Assembly (NCBI GenBank): GCA_000002435.2
Contig: CM018791.1
Strand: one strand, 5' to 3'
DNA length: 64,000 bases
Origin: Giardia intestinalis
Taxonomy: Eukaryota
The position numbers and the translations under genes are program-made. The notes under the pieces were generated by a model. It worked only from the letters and a program-made list of their open reading frames with translations, had not been told where the DNA came from and ran no database searches. Positions 57,498-64,000 of this stretch are shown here, one piece after another; position 1 is the stretch's first letter; each line of letters opens with the position of its first letter.

Positions 57498-57896
57498 ATG
57501 TCAGCCAAAGTACCGCCAAATAGACCCGAGCTACTGGACACTCATGTGTGCTGGGAGGTGAAGACGGACTCTTTGGGCAAAGTCCTCAGGCTTCGCTCCC
57601 TGCCTGCTCCACTTTTGACAAGTAACTTCCTGGCTGTCCGTGGAGTGGTCGCTGCCCTAAGCTCTAATGGAAGGTACATAAAGCCAGAGGATCTTTCTAC
57701 GAATATCTTATCAACATCTCCGTTTTCTCGACCCTACTCCGGGTGCTTGTCTGCTAACACCAGAGCTTCGATTAACTCTCTTAACTCCCAAAGCTCCCCC
57801 AAAGACAAATCCAGGGCTCAGTCTACACCAAGTACAGCACCGGATATTGATGAATTAATGAACTGGTACACTTACCGTCGAGCTTGGCATAAGTAG
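57498..57896 (+). CDS. Small hypothetical protein (132 aa).
   Basis: The ORF track starts at a TTG (57486). The first ATG is 57498, in an AT-rich context (TAACAAAATG). Ser/Pro-rich. Confidence 0.35.
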   Translation: MSAKVPPNRPELLDTHVCWEVKTDSLGKVLRLRSLPAPLLTSNFLAVRGVVAALSSNGRYIKPEDLSTNILSTSPFSRPYSGCLSANTRASINSLNSQSSPKDKSRAQSTPSTAPDIDELMNWYTYRRAWHK

Positions 57897-57935
57897 CTGT
57901 CCACACCCTTATCAATTTTAAAAACCCTACTTCTC

Positions 57936-60900
57936 ATGAGGACTTCAGCTCTATGTCCTCTTCAGCCTATTGTGCGGCAATCAGATGCAGAACGGTCGCC
58001 CGTGGCACGAAAGTCACCTACCGTCCTTCCACCGCTTCGAGGTGTTGAGGCGATGAACTCCATGGGAGCGCGGCCAAGGCTTCCGTCCACCTCGCCTATG
58101 AGTCCTCGTGGCTCTAAATTATCTGAAAGGACACCTGATGATGACCGCAGCTCTGATTTGCAAAGGCAGGGATCGTCACTCTCCAAATTATCTGACTCCC
58201 TTTTTAAGGCCAGGAACGACTCTGTAAGGTGGCTCTTAAGCGACAACATGGAAATAGCAAATATAGACGACACATCCATGATTACCCCTAGTTGCCAAAC
58301 ACAGCCCCGTGAGGTGATTGTGAGCATACCGGGATACTTTTGTTATTGCAGCAGCTTTTCGCTTTTTATGTACAGGATCTTGTCCACTAAGAACGGCAGG
58401 GAGCCTGTTTTTCAATTGGTCCGGATCATCAACTTACCTGGGACCCACATCTTGTCATTGACTGCCGACAAGCAGACGATGCAGGTGGCCATCTCCAGCA
58501 TGGACCGCCGCATTCATCTATACTCCCTTGTTACAGGGGAGCCCACGCAAGATGTCATATTAGAGCTACAATCTCCCCCTGTCTCCATCAAGTTCCATCC
58601 CAGCATTCCGCATAGCTTGTTTCTCCTCCACTATTCAGCACAGAGCGAAGGAGAGCTTCGCCTACTTCACAGCATCACAGGAAAGTCCGTTGTCGTGAAG
58701 GCAGGCCTTGACAAAGCACTGGCACTGACATGCAGTCCATATAGCAAGGAACTAGCGGTCTCCTTTGAATCCGGAGAGATCTTTGTTATCGGACTATCTG
58801 CAGATGGAACCGAGGAGATCTATTCCCGTTCCTTGATTGCGGGTACCTTTACATCTAAGCTTCCAGACCTGGTTGCATGGAACTCCAAGCACAACGGTGC
58901 TAAAGCAAAGTCAGAAACTATCAAATCTAACATAAAGTACGTGCGCAAACTTTTAGACTATGTTTCCACGGTCTTGCTAAAGCCTGTCGAGCCCGTGTCA
59001 GTATCCTATGACCCCACCAATCATGAGACTCTGCTGGTAGTATTTGCGTTTGGGCTCCACTGCCTGTTCAACACTGCGACTGGCGACTGCTTAGTGATAT
59101 ACTTTGCTCGAGAAGGGAGACAGTTGGATACATCTAGGCTTAGGACAATCTTTAATATTGGCCTCATAGATACCACACTTAACAACGCTGACAGTAAGAA
59201 CATTTTCACTCCCGCTGGGACGCTTCCAAATGGGATTTCTTCGTGCATTTTTGTTCCTGGGCAGGCGGGAAGGTTCATCAGCACCGATTGTGACGCAGGA
59301 ATCGTGCGCATCTGGTCCGTGAACAATCCCCACGATCTGTCTGCGCGTCGTGTTGCTTCTACTGCACTATCTGGAGCATATATAGTAGAGTTGGATCCAT
59401 TTTTGCAAAATGAGCCCATAGCTTCTAATTGCCTTCCTACCGGCCTCACTGTCATCACCCCGACGACCACAACACTGTCTTCCTACGTAATAGCTCTAGT
59501 AGATTCATTTGGGGGCATATCGATTTATTCCAGTGACTTTCGTGCTCTTGTTCTAAGCATACCCTCGTCTCATTACGATAGGATTCTTTCATTGACCTAT
59601 GATCCCTTCAATCCTCTAGTATTTTGTACAGTAGGATGTGACGGGCTTGTCAAGCAATGGCGCACAGACTTTATAACAGAGCAGCACACAACTAGCGCCT
59701 CGGCGTTCAGTTGTAATAATAAGCAATACCAGCGGGTCTTAATACCGTACAACGGATCGGGACGCTTTAAGACGTGGAAAAGCAATGATCACGGGAAGAT
59801 TGCTGTGGCAAAGGCCCCTGCGTGTGTCTCGGTAATCTACGCGCCAGCAGAAGATCTACCGTACGTATTATGCTCATATATAAATGGTGACATACGCTTC
59901 TTTCAAAAGCACACTGGGCGACATACGTGCGACCTCATTTCTTCGTCTTCATTCTACGATTCAGGCCTCTTGATTCCCAAGAAGCACCACTTCTTCAGCA
60001 ATTATGACAAGGGGTTTCTCACCGGTCTATTCAGCTCCACCCTTAGGATCCCCCACGCGACAACCCTAGCCTGGTCTGATCTGAAGCCGCAGCTCATTGT
60101 CACCGGTTGGACGGATGGGTGTCTGCGTTTCTTCTTGTCTACCCGCGGTGTTCACGAATCAGTCGTCGATGCAGATGAATTGGTAATGTCTTTTCGACTT
60201 CTAGCCGTCTTTTCGGTTCCTTGGTTCTTCTCGGCACCAGATAACGACGGCTTCAGCATTCGTGCCACCAAATTCATTCCTAAGACATTAATCGTCGCTG
60301 CAGCCTTAGAGTCGGGCCATCTGCTATTCGTCAACGTGCGGCCGCTACTCTCAAAGACAATTCACTCTCTCTTTGACATGTGCTATGAATTCGACGCCGG
60401 CTTCTCGGCTGAATCCAACTACTCAGGCATAACTAACGATCAAGCAGCATTGGAGGCGGGCAAAAGTGACGCCCAAAACACAGACGAAAAGCTTTATAGA
60501 CAGCTTAAGCCTCTCTTTACAGAAACAGCTTCTGTTCTCGCTAATACTTCAAACATCTTTGTGTTTAACTTAACCATTTCATACAGATGCCACCTTGAGC
60601 ACAGGACAGTGATATTCCAGCACTCTTCGTACACCACGGCGCCCCTGCAACACCATGGTGGAACTCCAAGGAAGATCTGTTGCCTCGACATCCACCCACG
60701 TGCGGCGTCGTCGACTGACGCAGATGACTACAACCTGCTGGCTTTGGGGGATAACATGGGAGTAATGAGTATACTCCATATCGACTCTAATATTTGCACA
60801 GGAAACCTACCGGAGGGCCGCATTCTAATCAAGCACGTCTATACTTGTCTTGGAACCACCGGAAACCGTCCCACACATAGTCGGCGAGCGCCCTTAATTC

Positions 60901-63900
60901 GGGCGCTCAAGTTCACTCACGAAGTACCAACCTTTATCCTCCTTTCAGCATCGTCTGGCGATTTTCAGCTAATCGATTACACTCTGTCTCGCTGTGTAGC
61001 ACAAGCAAAGGCTATCAAGGTTCATAACTCTGAGGTGTTCTCGATGGATATACATCCCCTAAATCCGTACACCTGTATTGCTGCATGCCAAGATAATTCC
61101 ATCAGACAATTCAGCCTCTTGTCTTGCGGCCTTGGAATGTCTTTTTTGGGCTTTGTATCCTTGAAGTACCTCTGGTCTATATTCACTGATCGCTCGCCCA
61201 GTGCCTTTGCCACTTCTATCCTAGATGTGTGTCCCTTTAAAAACACTCTCTTCGACAACGAGGGTGTCCATGCAATTGGCTCTATCATTAGCAGTTGCTT
61301 GGGAGCCAGCGCAAGTACAAATGATGATCGTGAGACAAAGCTACCTTCCTACGTACTAGACCTCAATGCAGCATTCGCTTCTATCGGATCCTTTTTCCAC
61401 ACAAATCAATCTCTCTTTGCAGCTGTTGTTGCGCTAATACAGGGCAGGGTGACCCCGTACACGCCTTCTCCTGCATATGGATATTTGCATGTTGTCAGAC
61501 GCGTAGAGGCCATTGTCTCCGTGCTTCTCTCAGAAGTGATGCAGATCTGCCAGGTTCCCATGTTTGCTACTCTTGAGGAAGAAATTTCAAGGACATACCA
61601 ACACATATGTACTGATAGTACACTTTCCTCTGGTTCTGGAATAGGGCTGAATGAAATGATCTCACAAATCAAGCATGATCTAGGCGGGACGGTGACAATA
61701 TACACCTTGGGAACGGATGTATGCTTGAGGGACACGCCATTATCGGTGTCTAATAACATCACAAACAAGTTTAAATACGTTCTACAGCTACTTCTTCTGT
61801 CGCACAAGTATGCACTTCTCTCAGACGTTTTATGGCAGTTTGGGTTTCGTAACGAAGCTCTGCAGGTATCAATGTCAGTCAACGATAAGGAGCGCTGGTT
61901 TTCCCAACTTGTTCATGAAGCAGAAGAGGTCGCACGGCAAGGAGGCTTCCTTTTGCATGCAAGTATCTCCACCCCAACATCAACAGCCTCGGAGGCTCCC
62001 TTACGCGATGCTATCTCACAGACCAGAGCCCGGTACAACCTTGAAAGTGCAATCCCAGCTGATCTAGGCACGATTCTTCTCCAGAATGATCCTGCGGCTC
62101 TTGCACTCTATTTACTGTCTGTAGGAAAGTATGTCGAGGCCAAAATTGTGCTTTCTTTTGCCGTTTATAATCTGACTTCTACTCACCACCTCTATGAGTT
62201 CGATACCTTATATGGCGGGTCAAGCTCAGTTCGAGTGGCTGCACTACCTTGTCCTGCATCGTCTGAAAACTTCCCCCTGGGCCTAGACACTCTCAATACC
62301 TTGTACGCGATAACGTCCTTAAACATCGCTGCCACTTATTGTGACGCCCGCCAGCCTCTAGCAGCGGTTTGTGAACTGCTTGTGTGCAGAAGCTATGACC
62401 AAGCCACAAGGCTACTCCTTCTGAACAGGAGTGTCACTCTACTTATTTTATTATTAACCATGCTCATTAAAGCAGGAGAAGAAAATCCACGGCTACTTAC
62501 ACCACAAAAGCTATATCCTGCATCTTACCTACATGGCGAGAAGTCCTCGGTTGATGGTACAGACGACTGGGTTCCAGTCAATGCCATTCAGCGATACAAG
62601 GCCTTGCTGGTGACTATGACGATAGAATTATATTACTCATACGTTCATGGAAGCGTATTTCTTTCTGACGAGGCTCATACTATGGCAGAAGATGATGCGG
62701 GACCTAACTATCAACTTGAGCCGCTACTATCAGCATCCATAGGAAGCTTATACAAAGAGGTCGAAGATACTTCATTTGACAAGTCCGGTGTCCTTGCGCC
62801 CAAGTGCCTAACCGTAAGGGATGTTGTTATGCGCTATACGGGCAACTATGACGTGGAGTGCGCAGCACAACTAGATGAGAGCAGGCTAGCAGAGCATCTA
62901 TCAAGTATTCAGGGTCGCATTGAATTCAGCGACGAACCAGACGCGTTTTCCTCGCTGACGGGGTCTGTGTGCAAGGTCTCATTCCGCTCCCTTGTACACT
63001 TTATAGTGAAGAAACTCTTAGATGAGTTTCGCGGGCATTCAGAGGCGTATAGCATGTCGCCACAAGATGCCTATGGCACCTGCAGAGACGCTGGGGCAGA
63101 GGCGCCAGAGTCTGCTGAGGCTGTACCGATCAGTAATTCTGCGGCGGAGCTTGCTGCCAAGCCTGTTTTACCAGTCTGGAAATCAATATCCAAACTGCCC
63201 AAGGCGGCTTCGGAACAAGTCGTAGCGTCTGAGAAAGCAGAGGACCACGAAAAGATGGATGCTGGTAGTGACGGCATGCACCTAGAGCAACAGTCTGCAG
63301 TAGTAATGCAGTCAAACACGGCACCGAACGACGATGAGCTTGGCGACAACGACGTATTCCGGCTGGATATAGACCCCGGATATGGATGTCCCAGCGATGA
63401 TGATTATGTCCACTCTGTGCATGACGTATACCGACACCAGTTAGTCCCCGTGCTGCATCAAGCTAAGGACGGGGCCGCCCTATCTGATGCGTCCAAGAAG
63501 ACCAGCTGTGTAGCAGCCGAAACCTATGATCTTATATCTAAGCTTATCCTGAAACTACCGGTGACGGATGCCAATTGGGATACTCTATCACCCTATATCT
63601 CTTTCCTCGCCAAATGTCTTCCGTGTACAGGCGCTCAGAGGGTGCATCTACCATCAACGATGCCGCACATTTGCATCTGCTTTTTGGCAGCAGCCGGCTG
63701 CTCCTTCCTCTATGGACAACACAAGACAGCTAGAACAATTACTTTGGCTTTGAACAAAACTGTCACCAAGCACCCGGAAACGGAGGTGTTTTCAATAAAG
63801 GAGATCGTGAATGGGATACTAGACAAGAGGATATCGGTTCTGCCTGTCAGCATTAATGGAGACCAGCCCCTGTTGTACAAGGGAGAAACGTTCTTTGACA

Positions 63901-63977
63901 ACTCCGACGGACGTTGCTTCTCCCTCTTCCTATTCTTTGATAAGTATATGCACTGGAGCACCTCTGTTCTTATATAG
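57936..63977 (+). CDS. Large (2013 aa) hypothetical protein with N-terminal WD40-like beta-propeller repeats and a C-terminal alpha-helical region.
   Basis: ATG verified at 57936. WD-like strands ending in W/F-[ST/R] (IVRIWSVNNPHD, GLVKQWRTDF, TGWTDGCLRFF). A continuous 6-kb frame. Confidence 0.7.
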   Translation: MRTSALCPLQPIVRQSDAERSPVARKSPTVLPPLRGVEAMNSMGARPRLPSTSPMSPRGSKLSERTPDDDRSSDLQRQGSSLSKLSDSLFKARNDSVRWLLSDNMEIANIDDTSMITPSCQTQPREVIVSIPGYFCYCSSFSLFMYRILSTKNGREPVFQLVRIINLPGTHILSLTADKQTMQVAISSMDRRIHLYSLVTGEPTQDVILELQSPPVSIKFHPSIPHSLFLLHYSAQSEGELRLLHSITGKSVVVKAGLDKALALTCSPYSKELAVSFESGEIFVIGLSADGTEEIYSRSLIAGTFTSKLPDLVAWNSKHNGAKAKSETIKSNIKYVRKLLDYVSTVLLKPVEPVSVSYDPTNHETLLVVFAFGLHCLFNTATGDCLVIYFAREGRQLDTSRLRTIFNIGLIDTTLNNADSKNIFTPAGTLPNGISSCIFVPGQAGRFISTDCDAGIVRIWSVNNPHDLSARRVASTALSGAYIVELDPFLQNEPIASNCLPTGLTVITPTTTTLSSYVIALVDSFGGISIYSSDFRALVLSIPSSHYDRILSLTYDPFNPLVFCTVGCDGLVKQWRTDFITEQHTTSASAFSCNNKQYQRVLIPYNGSGRFKTWKSNDHGKIAVAKAPACVSVIYAPAEDLPYVLCSYINGDIRFFQKHTGRHTCDLISSSSFYDSGLLIPKKHHFFSNYDKGFLTGLFSSTLRIPHATTLAWSDLKPQLIVTGWTDGCLRFFLSTRGVHESVVDADELVMSFRLLAVFSVPWFFSAPDNDGFSIRATKFIPKTLIVAAALESGHLLFVNVRPLLSKTIHSLFDMCYEFDAGFSAESNYSGITNDQAALEAGKSDAQNTDEKLYRQLKPLFTETASVLANTSNIFVFNLTISYRCHLEHRTVIFQHSSYTTAPLQHHGGTPRKICCLDIHPRAASSTDADDYNLLALGDNMGVMSILHIDSNICTGNLPEGRILIKHVYTCLGTTGNRPTHSRRAPLIRALKFTHEVPTFILLSASSGDFQLIDYTLSRCVAQAKAIKVHNSEVFSMDIHPLNPYTCIAACQDNSIRQFSLLSCGLGMSFLGFVSLKYLWSIFTDRSPSAFATSILDVCPFKNTLFDNEGVHAIGSIISSCLGASASTNDDRETKLPSYVLDLNAAFASIGSFFHTNQSLFAAVVALIQGRVTPYTPSPAYGYLHVVRRVEAIVSVLLSEVMQICQVPMFATLEEEISRTYQHICTDSTLSSGSGIGLNEMISQIKHDLGGTVTIYTLGTDVCLRDTPLSVSNNITNKFKYVLQLLLLSHKYALLSDVLWQFGFRNEALQVSMSVNDKERWFSQLVHEAEEVARQGGFLLHASISTPTSTASEAPLRDAISQTRARYNLESAIPADLGTILLQNDPAALALYLLSVGKYVEAKIVLSFAVYNLTSTHHLYEFDTLYGGSSSVRVAALPCPASSENFPLGLDTLNTLYAITSLNIAATYCDARQPLAAVCELLVCRSYDQATRLLLLNRSVTLLILLLTMLIKAGEENPRLLTPQKLYPASYLHGEKSSVDGTDDWVPVNAIQRYKALLVTMTIELYYSYVHGSVFLSDEAHTMAEDDAGPNYQLEPLLSASIGSLYKEVEDTSFDKSGVLAPKCLTVRDVVMRYTGNYDVECAAQLDESRLAEHLSSIQGRIEFSDEPDAFSSLTGSVCKVSFRSLVHFIVKKLLDEFRGHSEAYSMSPQDAYGTCRDAGAEAPESAEAVPISNSAAELAAKPVLPVWKSISKLPKAASEQVVASEKAEDHEKMDAGSDGMHLEQQSAVVMQSNTAPNDDELGDNDVFRLDIDPGYGCPSDDDYVHSVHDVYRHQLVPVLHQAKDGAALSDASKKTSCVAAETYDLISKLILKLPVTDANWDTLSPYISFLAKCLPCTGAQRVHLPSTMPHICICFLAAAGCSFLYGQHKTARTITLALNKTVTKHPETEVFSIKEIVNGILDKRISVLPVSINGDQPLLYKGETFFDNSDGRCFSLFLFFDKYMHWSTSVLI

Positions 63978-64000
63978 CGAAGACCGCTCTTGAAGCATCT

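Overview
This 64 kb window looks like nuclear DNA from a Giardia-like diplomonad (most likely Giardia intestinalis/duodenalis). It is about 50% GC, intron-poor and roughly 95% coding. Genes sit on both strands with spacers of 9-230 bp, and AT-rich initiator-like sequence abuts the start codons. TAA, TAG and TGA all serve as stops, and AGTRAAY-type poly(A) signals sit 7-25 nt after several of them. Two giant EGF-like cysteine-rich membrane proteins of the HCMP family (High-Cysteine Membrane Protein, not the variant-specific surface protein VSP type) point to Giardia. So do two ankyrin-repeat NEK kinases (one predicted to be a pseudokinase) and the arginine-dihydrolase enzyme ornithine carbamoyltransferase. 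I call about 33 protein-coding genes. The confidently identified ones are ornithine carbamoyltransferase, an SMC ATPase, the EMG1/NEP1 methyltransferase, ribose-5-phosphate isomerase B, eRF1, a Rad51/Dmc1 recombinase, an AMPK-gamma CBS protein, an eIF2B subunit, two Qb-SNAREs, a TPR protein, a RING/coiled-coil protein, an ARM-repeat protein, a 2.4k-aa coiled-coil protein and a 2k-aa WD40-like protein. The ORF track used GTG/TTG as starts for several genes; I re-set those to the first in-frame ATG with an AT-rich context. No rRNA, tRNA, CRISPR array or transposon could be supported. I found no prokaryote-style novel system. The points most worth follow-up are an extreme-GC3 gene fragment at the left edge, a polycysteine multi-pass membrane protein, a shared 14-nt start context between two Cys-rich membrane genes, a 9-bp head-to-head intergenic spacer, a possible frameshift or upstream ORF ahead of the giant coiled-coil gene, a 3-copy tandem repeat in a divergent promoter, and a RING+B-box-like+coiled-coil (TRIM-like) architecture.
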